Part shown: positions 9,559 to 18,178 of the stretch, one piece after another
How positions within the stretch are numbered: the stretch's first letter is position 1
How the letters are laid out: each line of letters opens with the position of its first letter
NCBI GenBank assembly: GCA_041674405.1
Contig: JBAYVT010000003.1
Span: forward strand, 119,990-151,989
From: Patescibacteria group bacterium
GTDB taxonomy: Bacteria; Patescibacteriota; UBA1384; XYA2-FULL-43-10
DNA: 32,000 nucleotides
Reading direction: 5' to 3'
Notes under the pieces: model-generated
What the model saw: the letters and a program-made list of their open reading frames with translations, nothing else
Told to the model about the DNA's origin: nothing
Database searches by the model: none
Position numbers and translations under genes: made by a program

Positions 9559-9651
9559 CCGTTGATACAATCGTTTATACAGTAGTTGAACCAGTAGTAA
9601 TACTATTGTTTTAACAACCGTATCAACTACCGAGTTAACTATGTGTCAACT
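9559..9651. repeat. Word-iterated imperfect inverted repeat (word ~GTTGATAC) upstream of pnp
   Basis: GTTGATACAATCGTTTATACAGTAGTTGAACC against the reverse complement of the right arm, AGTTGACACATAGTTAACTCGGTAGTTGATACGGTTGTT; includes a perfect GTTGATAC/GTATCAAC pair. Confidence 0.65.
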
Positions 9652-9730
9652 GAGTTCCCGGAAATTTCTTTTGCAATTTCCTCTCACCTACCAACCCATC
9701 CTTCTTGTTACTAATTTATATTGTATTTAC

Positions 9731-9838
9731 CTCACAGAATTTTTTCACAGAATTTCACAGATAATTTCGCTGGTCATACCCACACTGAACCTTTTTCATG
9801 AGCGTTTTCTGTGTCCTTCTGTGAATTTTTCTGTGGAG
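9731..9838. repeat. Word-iterated inverted repeat (word CACAGAA) between rpsO and pnp
   Basis: CTCACAGAATTTTTTCACAGAATTTCACAGATAATTTCGC against the reverse complement CTCCACAGAAAAATTCACAGAAGGACACAGAAAACGC. Confidence 0.8.
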
Positions 9839-9851
9839 TAATATTCCGCTC

Positions 9852-10139
9852 TTATTTCCGTAAACCTAAATCGGAAATAAGCTTCTCGTATTTCTTCTCA
9901 TCTGACTTTTTCAGATAATTCAGAAGTCTTCGTCTTTTACCAACCATCGAAAGAAGACCGCGGCGGGAATCAAAATCTTTCTTGTGCTCCTTTAAATGCT
10001 TGGTAAGATCAGAAACCTTTTTGGTCAAAACTGCGACCTGTACCTCTACTGAACCTGTATCGTCTTTATGCGATCTGTATTTCTTAATCAGATCAACCTT
10101 TTCCCCTGCCTTCTTCGTGTTTTTCTTTACTTCTGCCAT
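9852..10139 (-). CDS. rpsO: 30S ribosomal protein S15
   Basis: [95 protein letters not shown]. The longer track N-terminus is translated repeat DNA. Confidence 0.98.
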   Translation of the reverse strand: MAEVKKNTKKAGEKVDLIKKYRSHKDDTGSVEVQVAVLTKKVSDLTKHLKEHKKDFDSRRGLLSMVGKRRRLLNYLKKSDEKKYEKLISDLGLRK

Positions 10140-10161
10140 GTGTATTGGCTGCGCCAAGTAG

Positions 10162-10223
10162 AAAGTGTAAAGCGTAAAGTGCAAAGTTTTTGAATCGCTT
10201 TTCACTTTGATCTTTTCACTTTA
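10162..10223. repeat. Word-iterated inverted repeat (word AAAGTG) in the rpsO 5' region
   Basis: AAAGTGTAAAGCGTAAAGTGCAAAG against AAAGTGAAAAGATCAAAGTGAAAAG; 20 of 25 positions match. Confidence 0.8.
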
Positions 10224-10291
10224 ACCTGACGAAGTCTCCTAATTACTTATTAACAAATTGATATTACAACATTTTGCTTGTTTTTACAAGC

Positions 10292-11476
10292 TTAATTCGT
10301 CTTCGGTTGTTCTACTGGCTGAACCAGTTTACCGTTCATCTCTTTCGTGTATTCCCGAATTTTTTGAATAATGGCCGACGAGCCGTTCTCAAGCGTAACA
10401 TCAGACACTTCGAAACCGGCAGCTTGCGAATGGCCGCCCCCAGAAAATAGTTTCGCTATAGCAGAAACGTCGACACCTTTTTCGACTGAACGAAGCGAGC
10501 CGTTCAAAATTCCGCCTTTTTCAGAGAGTAAAAGAACAAATTTGGCGCCAGAAACGGTTTTCAAAAGCTCGTCGATCACTCCACCAGATTCAGACTCAGC
10601 TGCACCCACTTCAACATAATCATTGGCAGAAAGAGAACTCCAGACAAAGCCATAATCTTTTTCGTCGTGGATATTGGCGAGTGCTCGGCCCCAAAGTCGT
10701 AGTGTTGAAAGAGGCCGTGTTTTATAAATATTTTTGATAATTTCGTCGCGCTTGGCACCAGCTGCTACCAACTGGGCTGCGACAGTAAGCGATTTCGGAG
10801 TTGTATTCGTATTTTGGAACGAGCCGGTATCGGTGACTATTCCGGTAAGTAAAAGGGTGGCAATCTTTTCATCGAATGGCGATTTTTCCGGCGATAGTGC
10901 TTCCAACAAAGAAACCAATATCTCTGCAGTTGAGGTTGATGTCACATCGACCAAGTTCACTTGGCCAAAATAATCATTGCCGGAATGATGATCAATGTTT
11001 ATGACCGGTGTCTCATAAAACAGATCGGGATTTTTTTCAAATGGCGTGCCCAACCGTTCGAGATCTGGAGAATCCAATACTATAATAAGATCAAAATTGA
11101 AGCCCCCTTCCGGAAATTCAACCATCTCTTTCGTAAATACGCCCGATTTCGGCGAAATGATAATATTGAGCTTATCATCAGAAACCTTATACATTATTTT
11201 GTCAGCTTTCACATCCTTGGTCGAAAGGGAGATAACAAAATCGCGAACACCGGCAAAATCACGGGAAATTTCGGAGACATTTGGCAAAAAATTGAAGACC
11301 TCCGGAGTAGGCTCGTTGCAGACGGAAATTGCTTCCTTGCCGATGTTTTTGAAGAATGACAAAAGCGCCAGAGAGCTGCCAAGAGCATCTCCATCAGGAT
11401 CCTTGTGGGTGAGAATTAAAATCTTTTTCGCCTCCTTAATTCTCGTCACCGCTTGTTGTTTGGGCGAAAGTTCCAC
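10292..11476 (-). CDS. DHH/DHHA1 phosphoesterase (NrnA/bifunctional oligoribonuclease-like)
   Basis: ILTHKDPDGDALGSSLAL, DSPDLERLG, NIDHHSGNDYFG, TGIVTDTGSF and GGGHSQAAGF motifs. Confidence 0.92.
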   Translation of the reverse strand: MELSPKQQAVTRIKEAKKILILTHKDPDGDALGSSLALLSFFKNIGKEAISVCNEPTPEVFNFLPNVSEISRDFAGVRDFVISLSTKDVKADKIMYKVSDDKLNIIISPKSGVFTKEMVEFPEGGFNFDLIIVLDSPDLERLGTPFEKNPDLFYETPVINIDHHSGNDYFGQVNLVDVTSTSTAEILVSLLEALSPEKSPFDEKIATLLLTGIVTDTGSFQNTNTTPKSLTVAAQLVAAGAKRDEIIKNIYKTRPLSTLRLWGRALANIHDEKDYGFVWSSLSANDYVEVGAAESESGGVIDELLKTVSGAKFVLLLSEKGGILNGSLRSVEKGVDVSAIAKLFSGGGHSQAAGFEVSDVTLENGSSAIIQKIREYTKEMNGKLVQPVEQPKTN

Positions 11477-11477
11477 T

Positions 11478-11569
11478 TAGTTACTTAAGAACTTAGAAAC
11501 TTATGAACCCAAGAACAGCTTGATACAATTTTGTCCTTTGGTTCTTCAGTCCTTTCGTTCTTCAGTTAA
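11478..11569. repeat. Word-iterated imperfect inverted repeat (word ~AAGAAC) upstream of the DHH gene
   Basis: AGTTACTTAAGAACTTAGAAACTTATGAACCCAAGAAC against the reverse complement ATTAACTGAAGAACGAAAGGACTGAAGAACCAAAGGAC. Confidence 0.65.
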
Positions 11570-11638
11570 TGATAAACACTCGAATATAGCGGAAGGTGTT
11601 TTGAAAGTCAAGATGAATTTAAATGCAAACCGCAGTTC

Positions 11639-11710
11639 AATGGCTAGCCTTGGCTAGTCGCCGCGCTGCTAGTCAATTTTCTAGCTGCTGTCTAGCCAAG
11701 TCTAGCAATA
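11639..11710. repeat. Word-iterated inverted repeat (word GGCTAG) upstream of rpsT
   Basis: AATGGCTAGCCTTGGCTAGTCGCCGCGCTGCTAG against the reverse complement TATTGCTAGACTTGGCTAGACAGCAGCTAG. Confidence 0.8.
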
Positions 11711-11784
11711 TTTCGGCTATCATTATTCCTTTACAATTGTTTTTCTTTCTGCTACAATCAGTTTCGTATCAATAAGGAAATATT

Positions 11785-12045
11785 ATGCCAATCAAAAAAT
11801 CAGCAAAAAAGACACTACGCATAGAGCACACAAGAACTGCACAAAACGACCTTACTAGGGCTAAGATTAAGGGTGCACTCAAAGGCGCAAAGATTGCTAT
11901 AACCAAAGGCGAGAAAGATGCCGATAAAAAAATTTCCGCCGCATACAGAGAGCTCGACATCGCTTCAAAAAAGAACGTCATCCATAAAAATAAAGCCGCC
12001 CGTCTTAAATCAAGGTTGGCAAAAAAAGTTTCTAAATCTGCATAG
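11785..12045 (+). CDS. rpsT: 30S ribosomal protein S20
   Basis: MPIKKSAKKTLRIEHTRTAQNDLTRAKIKGALKGA...HKNKAARLKSRLAKKVSKSA; preceded by TTTACA-N17-TACAAT. Confidence 0.93.
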   Translation: MPIKKSAKKTLRIEHTRTAQNDLTRAKIKGALKGAKIAITKGEKDADKKISAAYRELDIASKKNVIHKNKAARLKSRLAKKVSKSA

Positions 12046-12049
12046 ATTA

Positions 12050-12084
12050 AAAAAATCACCAAGGATACGCCAAGGTGATTTTTT
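12050..12084. terminator. Bidirectional terminator after rpsT
   Basis: AAAAATCACC-AAGGATACGCCAA-GGTGATTTTTT. Confidence 0.85.
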
Positions 12085-12098
12085 ATTTTGCAAAAATT

Positions 12099-15000
12099 TT
12101 ATTGCCCAAATATTCTGACCCAGCTAAATGCTTTTTGAAAGGCCTGAATAATCAGATTAAGCGCCGATTGCTGGGCCCGTTGTGTGATTACGGCGTTATC
12201 TTCACTCAAACCAATATTGCCGGCAGCATCTTTAGACACTGCACGCAAATGATAAGTTTTTGAGGGATCTAGATTGGAAATAACCACTACATGGGCATTC
12301 GAATACGAGAGATCTTCTTGAGTTTTCGATCCATATGAATCAGACGATACTCCTTCGCCATATTCAACTTGTGATGTTCCCGGCTCATCTGTTCTCCAGG
12401 AAACCACAATCTGTGCTTTATTTCCATCACTGCCCGATGCGGTTTTCGACTCAATAGTTAAATCAGTAACTACTGGCGGCCTGGAATCCAGGGCGGTCTT
12501 AAAAGTATTTGTATCAGAAGTGGCAGTATTTCCATACTGATCAATGCCGGTTGCGTAGACCTGATACTGCGTGTTGTCGCTTAAATTACCAATCTCCAAA
12601 GAATGCTCCTTTACTTTCTCCGATGAAGAAATTTCTTTGAAACTGCCACCGATGGGCCCGAAATGGATCGAGGAAGTGGTTTCCACATTTGTGGTCCACG
12701 TGACGCTCATAGTGGCGTATGGCTTATCCGTGACCGGTTGAAAGCGCAAATTGGTTATTTTTGGCGCCGGCGGTGTAGCGAATGTTGCACCACCAGAAAA
12801 ATCCGCGCCTAACGAAGTGACCGCGTCAATCGCAATCTGATAATTTGTTCCTGGCTCTAAGTTACTAAGCTCATATGTGAAGGCTGTTGCTTGGCCAGGC
12901 AAAGGCACAGGATCCCCGTAAACCCCTGCCCCATACCGAATCGAAATACTGGATAAATAATTTGTTTGAAATGAAAGTAACGCCCGCGTCGGGGAAATTG
13001 TTTCTGCTTTGGGATTAATTATTCGCGGAGTAGTTGCCGTAGTTGTTTCAAACCATTCGGATTCTCCAGCGTTCGCCGACTGATCAAGCCACACAAGCTT
13101 GTAGCGGTACGTTTTTTCCGGTTTCAAGCCGACTACCGTTACATTATGCGATAAGCCATAAGTTTGATTACCCTGTTCTGACACATAGACATTGCCATCA
13201 TATACTTGAACAAGCGAGGTTGTATTTTTGCTTGATGTCCAAGTAACCGCCATCGATGACGGCCCTGCAGTGACATAGGGCCCATCTATGATGTGGGCAA
13301 TGCCGGTGGAACAGAAAATTGCCGTTTGCCAAGAGGATAAATTACCAGCATGATCTTTTGACCTTACATAGAAAACGTTGTCACCTTCCTGCATCGGGGA
13401 CACCGTCATTGTGGTGTCTGTAATAAATGCCACTGGCCCATTTGTCCAACGTTTATATTCATATCCCGCCAGGCTGGATCCGCCAGAATCCGAGGCATCC
13501 GGCCAGGTGAATGTAAATGTTGATGCCGTTGAACATCCCGTTGGAGAAGCATTGATATATTCTGGTGGTTGAGGCGTAACAGTTTCATATTTGTAGACAA
13601 GATATACCTCTGGGGCAACCAAATCATTAGGCGGACCGGCATCATTTTGTGTCTGGATGATTAGATAATATGTGCTGCCCGTCACAAGCTCATCTGATAC
13701 GGTATAATTCTGAGTTGCCCCAATCGCTCCTACATGTGCTTGATAATCACCCGCAGTAGAAGGAATAGCAGACGGATCCGTTCCAAAATATACCCAATAC
13801 CCTTTTATGCCAGATTCATTGTCTGCTGCTCCCGACCATTCAAAGTACGGAGCCCCGAAATTATACCAATTATTGGTGGTAAGTTCGGTCCCTTTTGCTG
13901 CAGTGTCATATGCATGAAAAGTAGTCGGATTTTCTGGTGGGGTTACATCGCCTTGCTCTTCAGCGGATAACGATAAAAAAGTATCTGGAGCACTCTGGTT
14001 GTTGTATTCGGTCAAAAGCCAATCGGCGCTGCGGGCAGTACTTGATACTCTGATATCCTCCAAACTGCCTTGAAAATTTTTCTCGTAAGCCAAAGAGCCG
14101 CTTGATTTTCCTATCAATAAACTACCGGTATTGGCAGCTATTGCCATGGCTTTTGACTTAGTCCCTTTTGAAACGCCGTTTTCTAAAATTGTCAGGGTAC
14201 TGCCATCGTATGTTCCTGCTACTTGTGTCCATGTACTCGCAGCTAATGCATCGGATGAATATACTGCCGCACCTTCCCCTGTCTGCCAAATTGCATGGTT
14301 AGTATGATCCGGAGTAGTAAATATTTTTCCATCATACACCCCGGCACTCACTACACCGGCGCCATATGTGGCTGCCTTTGTCCACCCAACACCGTCATCA
14401 TATCTTTCAAGAGTCCCCAGATAATTGCCTCCTCTTGTGCCCGCATAAAGCTTTCCATTGTATGAAACTAACGCATAGACATTGTATGTGGTGGCAGTGC
14501 CAGACAAGGCAGTCCAAGTTGTGCCACCATCAAAACGATAGGCAGTAGTGGTAGCTACAGAAGCATATATTGTATCGTTAAATACCAACAATTTGCCCAC
14601 ATTACCCGGGGATCCGATACTGGTCCATGTCGTGCCTCCGTCGTAGCGATAAACTCCAGTACCGCCAGCATATAATTGGCCATTGAAAATGACCAAGCTA
14701 TTCACACCGGCCATTGCGCCCGGGCACCCCACGCTGGTCCATGTCGTGCCTCCGTCGTAGCGATAAACCACGCAGGCCGCACCATACGTCCCTGCATAAA
14801 TTTTTCCATTGTATACAACCATCGAATTTACCCCGCGGTTCAGCGAAGAGCCAACTGCAGTCCACGTGGTATTTCCATCCCATTCAAAGATTGTGCCTGT
14901 ACCATTACTCCCCGTACCCGTACCGATGTAAAGTTTTCCACCAAACACTACGAAGCTGGCGGCGCCATTCCATGTCATATTGGTTATAGTACCTACGCCT

Positions 15001-15920
15001 GTCCAGGTTGGGCCATCATCGAGCCGATATATAGTACCATTATCGCCAAAAATAAATAATTTTCCGTTAAAGACAATTTGAGCCGGCGTCCACCAAGTCC
15101 CGGTTGCAGGATTTCCGAGATTTACCGCCGTCTCAGCACCGGTTGTAATCTGAAAATATGGCTTGTCATCATGACCAACTTTCAGAGAGTAATTGCTTTT
15201 CGACACCACACTATTTATCTCTGAACCAGAATCGCGTTTGACCCAACCCTGAAGAGTTAGGTTTGATGTAATATCAAGACTATCGGAATCCCCGACAGAA
15301 ACCTGCCCAGTTAATCCATCAAACCCGAGTGCTTTATTGATTTCACCCGTTGCACCGTATGTAATTCCGCTCGCAGAGGCAGTGCCATCGTTATTATTCG
15401 CAGTTGAATCATAAAGCGTGCCTGATGCTTCATTATAATGCTGAACCATTTTATAATTTGTATCCCAAACATTGGTTGGATCAGCTTGCGGAGAGCAAGA
15501 ATCATTGCCATAGTACAAATACAATATGGTATCGGAAGTTGAAGAAATATTGGATTTAACCCACGCAACTGTTGCTCCCGTTGAAGAATTGTAGTTCTCA
15601 AGCTCATACGGAATTTTGGTCGATCCGTCGGAGGACGTGAACAATAAATCGTCGCCATCAGTTTGAGCATGGGCGACAATATCGGAGTCTGACGCAAGTT
15701 TAATAAGGACCGGAAAGCTGGACTGATTGGAAGCAACTAACGTGTGGTCTATCGTAACAACTTTCCGATAACGCCAAGCATAATCATACCAAGACGATGC
15801 GTTTGCTTTTTTCTGGTCCTGCCGCATAAGAAAAGTATTCACAACAGCAAAAGTGACAATGGATATTATCACCAAAATCAGCAAGAAGCTATTCCTTTTT
15901 CCCTTCTTTCCCCTCAACAT
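12099..15920 (-). CDS. Large anchored surface protein: N-terminal TM, DUF2341, LamG with nested seven-repeat propeller-like module, multiple FN3 domains
   Basis: 1273 aa; SFLLILVIISIVTFAVVNTFL; WRYRKVVTIDHTLV...YYGND (DUF2341-like); DGSTLTILENGV (LamG); repeated YRYDGGTTWTSVG; FN3 signatures YRYKLVWLDQSANAGESEWFE, YQIAIDAVTSLG, YQVYATGIDQYGN. Confidence 0.88.
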   Translation of the reverse strand: MLRGKKGKRNSFLLILVIISIVTFAVVNTFLMRQDQKKANASSWYDYAWRYRKVVTIDHTLVASNQSSFPVLIKLASDSDIVAHAQTDGDDLLFTSSDGSTKIPYELENYNSSTGATVAWVKSNISSTSDTILYLYYGNDSCSPQADPTNVWDTNYKMVQHYNEASGTLYDSTANNNDGTASASGITYGATGEINKALGFDGLTGQVSVGDSDSLDITSNLTLQGWVKRDSGSEINSVVSKSNYSLKVGHDDKPYFQITTGAETAVNLGNPATGTWWTPAQIVFNGKLFIFGDNGTIYRLDDGPTWTGVGTITNMTWNGAASFVVFGGKLYIGTGTGSNGTGTIFEWDGNTTWTAVGSSLNRGVNSMVVYNGKIYAGTYGAACVVYRYDGGTTWTSVGCPGAMAGVNSLVIFNGQLYAGGTGVYRYDGGTTWTSIGSPGNVGKLLVFNDTIYASVATTTAYRFDGGTTWTALSGTATTYNVYALVSYNGKLYAGTRGGNYLGTLERYDDGVGWTKAATYGAGVVSAGVYDGKIFTTPDHTNHAIWQTGEGAAVYSSDALAASTWTQVAGTYDGSTLTILENGVSKGTKSKAMAIAANTGSLLIGKSSGSLAYEKNFQGSLEDIRVSSTARSADWLLTEYNNQSAPDTFLSLSAEEQGDVTPPENPTTFHAYDTAAKGTELTTNNWYNFGAPYFEWSGAADNESGIKGYWVYFGTDPSAIPSTAGDYQAHVGAIGATQNYTVSDELVTGSTYYLIIQTQNDAGPPNDLVAPEVYLVYKYETVTPQPPEYINASPTGCSTASTFTFTWPDASDSGGSSLAGYEYKRWTNGPVAFITDTTMTVSPMQEGDNVFYVRSKDHAGNLSSWQTAIFCSTGIAHIIDGPYVTAGPSSMAVTWTSSKNTTSLVQVYDGNVYVSEQGNQTYGLSHNVTVVGLKPEKTYRYKLVWLDQSANAGESEWFETTTATTPRIINPKAETISPTRALLSFQTNYLSSISIRYGAGVYGDPVPLPGQATAFTYELSNLEPGTNYQIAIDAVTSLGADFSGGATFATPPAPKITNLRFQPVTDKPYATMSVTWTTNVETTSSIHFGPIGGSFKEISSSEKVKEHSLEIGNLSDNTQYQVYATGIDQYGNTATSDTNTFKTALDSRPPVVTDLTIESKTASGSDGNKAQIVVSWRTDEPGTSQVEYGEGVSSDSYGSKTQEDLSYSNAHVVVISNLDPSKTYHLRAVSKDAAGNIGLSEDNAVITQRAQQSALNLIIQAFQKAFSWVRIFGQ
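14285..15119 (-). repeat. Seven degenerate ~40-codon repeats inside the surface-protein gene
   Basis: Units such as SMVVYNGKIYAGTYGAACVVYRYDGGTTWTSVGCPG, SLVIFNGQLYAGGTGVYRYDGGTTWTSIGSPG and KLLVFNDTIYASVATTTAYRFDGGTTWTALSG. The DNA also repeats (CCATGTCGTGCCTCCGTCGTAGCGATAAAC twice). Confidence 0.85.
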
Positions 15921-15954
15921 GTTACCTACATTTTATCCATTTTCAGGCAATCAA

Positions 15955-16512
15955 TCAAATATTATATCTCGGCAATCCAACTCCTTGAAAAACCGGGTAA
16001 ATCATAAATATCGCTTTGCCAACAAAAAATCGTTTTTCCACCGGGCCGAAATATCTCGAATCATTTGATTGGGGCCGATTGTCGCCCATTAAAAAATATT
16101 CATTATTTTTCAGCGTCCACGTGCCGGATGGAAAAATCTCTGTCCCAGGCGAAATATATGATTCTTCGAGAGCTTTTCCGTTGATATAAACTTTATTTTT
16201 GGCGATCACCACCTTTTCCGTCGGCAGGCCGATTACTCTTTTTAAATATTGTTTGTTTTGCGGATCGCCAGGATACTTAACAATTACTACTTCTCCTCTC
16301 TCCGGGTCAGCCTCTCCGCGATAAAAACTTTTGTCAGATAGCATCATTTGCTTATTCATGAAGCTCGTTTCCATCGACACCCCGTCAACAAGAAATATCG
16401 AGTACCAGTATGAGTTTATTATCGTTACGACGATAACGACTAAAATTAACCATTTCAAGATATCAAAAAAAATACCCCCGCCATACAACAATTTTGAAAT
16501 CGATGAATTCAT
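15955..16512 (-). CDS. lepB: Signal peptidase I
   Basis: LVDGVSMETSF (catalytic Ser), YLKRVIGLP (catalytic Lys), FLMGDNRPQSNDSRYFGPV. Confidence 0.95.
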   Translation of the reverse strand: MNSSISKLLYGGGIFFDILKWLILVVIVVTIINSYWYSIFLVDGVSMETSFMNKQMMLSDKSFYRGEADPERGEVVIVKYPGDPQNKQYLKRVIGLPTEKVVIAKNKVYINGKALEESYISPGTEIFPSGTWTLKNNEYFLMGDNRPQSNDSRYFGPVEKRFFVGKAIFMIYPVFQGVGLPRYNI

Positions 16513-18011
16513 TACTCAAATCCAGGTTCCCTAAGTGCGGCGAAACTACGCGCAACATAACTGACAATTGGAAAAAGAGATAGGCAAAATTCGTCTAAGC
16601 CGAGGCCGACCTTATCTGTCAAAAACCATTCAGGGATTATGAAATTGTGTTCTTCAAATCTCTTTGCCCATTCAACTTCGCAATCAAGGACAATTGCATA
16701 TGGCAGATATGCCTCAAATAATTCTATTACCGTCGGCGTATAAGGAATCGGTTTTGGGTTTGATAAAAATTTTTTAAAAGCCAACCAGTTGGACAGCGCC
16801 TCGTTGCCAATTTGCGTTCGAAGCGGAATATTTGAAGCGGAAAATGCTACGATCAGGGCCGAAACCATCATACCAACCCAGAAAAATGAGGAGTAAGTCG
16901 AGATAAGTTGGAATCTCAGGCTTAGGATGAAGGCGGTTAATCCAAAGAGGAAAGTCAGGATTCCAATCAATCGATATTTTGCATGAATACTTCTCGGGTT
17001 GACCTTGAAATAACCAAGCCGTGTTGTAATTGCATAAATCCCCGCAGAAACTATCGACATTTTTTTGCTGTAGAGGTGATTATTGATTCTACGCTCAATT
17101 TCGGCTCGGTCGGATGTCAAATTATTGCGAAATATTTTTGATAATAAAATTTTTTCATACCCCAAAAGACGATCATCAAACCTGCCTTTAGAGAAGGCAA
17201 ATCCCCGCTCCCGATCAAGTATGACTATGTCTTTACGGCGGGCAAGGTCAATCAGCGTGGCGGCAATCTCACGAGAACCGACTTTGCCGCGAAACAAGGC
17301 TCCGACAATAGCCGGCGGCAACGCCATCGGCGGCGCAGATATTTCACGATCAGGCGAATCAATTTTATTGATTCGGTAGAGATATCGCAGAAAAAATGTC
17401 ATATAAAGGAACGTAATAATCGGTAGAACAAGCGCCAGAAGAAGCCAAACATTAAATTCAAGCCCGCGGAAGAAATTGATTATCTGGTCAATGATCGGGT
17501 GGTTTATCACTCCTTTTGGGATTTGGGCAACAATAGTAATCGTGGCGTATGCCGAAACTTGTGAAGCGTCATATTCTATCGTATCTGGATCATTTACATA
17601 CGTCTGCGTTGACCCAACTCCATGAATCGCTAGAATTTCGTGCTTCGTTTTGTAAGCAGAACCTTTTGGTAAGCTGAGCAGAATCTTTAACTGGTCATAA
17701 TATTCACCGCCATTATCCAAGACCGGAAGGCGGATTTCATCATATCCGTTCACCAACTCCGTTTTACCGACATTCTTGCCGTTTAATCTGATAATGCCAT
17801 TATCGTCAACCGAGACACTAATAACAGAGTTTTGATTGCTATTCCCTATATTTATGCTCTCTACATCAGCCGAATATTTATTTGTTTGAATAAAGTTAAA
17901 TGCCAAAAACGCAAGCAGAAAAACTCCGCAAAAGAAAATAAACTTGCGTGAGTAAAATCCAATAAGACCACTCCGTCTCTTAGCTACTTTTGCTGCACTT
18001 TTTTTGTTCAA
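16512..18011 (-). CDS. DUF2207-like predicted membrane protein
   Basis: TTG start at 18011 with GGAGGGAG just upstream; N-terminal TM, extracellular beta-rich region, two mid-protein TMs (LLALVLPIITFLYMTFFL), cytoplasmic region, further TMs. Stop overlaps the lepB start by one base (TAATG). Confidence 0.7.
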   Translation of the reverse strand: MNKKSAAKVAKRRSGLIGFYSRKFIFFCGVFLLAFLAFNFIQTNKYSADVESINIGNSNQNSVISVSVDDNGIIRLNGKNVGKTELVNGYDEIRLPVLDNGGEYYDQLKILLSLPKGSAYKTKHEILAIHGVGSTQTYVNDPDTIEYDASQVSAYATITIVAQIPKGVINHPIIDQIINFFRGLEFNVWLLLALVLPIITFLYMTFFLRYLYRINKIDSPDREISAPPMALPPAIVGALFRGKVGSREIAATLIDLARRKDIVILDRERGFAFSKGRFDDRLLGYEKILLSKIFRNNLTSDRAEIERRINNHLYSKKMSIVSAGIYAITTRLGYFKVNPRSIHAKYRLIGILTFLFGLTAFILSLRFQLISTYSSFFWVGMMVSALIVAFSASNIPLRTQIGNEALSNWLAFKKFLSNPKPIPYTPTVIELFEAYLPYAIVLDCEVEWAKRFEEHNFIIPEWFLTDKVGLGLDEFCLSLFPIVSYVARSFAALREPGFE

Positions 18012-18178
18012 TCTCCCTCCGCGACACTTTATAAATCCAATAGTCCGTCGCGCCCCTCGTAGTGAAGATTTGTTTGCGAACCTGTAAGATTCGAGACAAA
18101 CCTGAACGAAGTGGGGCAACCACTCGTCAACAAACTACAAACAGGTTTTGCTTACCGCTTCTTAATATAATTTTACCA

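Noticed and set aside
9540-11710. Word-repeat stems considered as ordinary rho-independent terminators
   Set aside because: The arms are long and imperfect, lack the stem-plus-T-tract layout seen in the real terminators here (7291, 12050, 30767), and several sit upstream of start codons.
14676-15059. 127-aa plus-strand ORF rich in Cys/His
   Set aside because: Antisense to the propeller-repeat part of the surface-protein gene; its periodicity is inherited from that repeat.
13734-15060. Considered whether repeated DNA in the surface-protein gene is a CRISPR array
   Set aside because: Units are ~120 nt, degenerate, in frame and coding; there is no constant short repeat with unique spacers. No CRISPR-like array was seen elsewhere.
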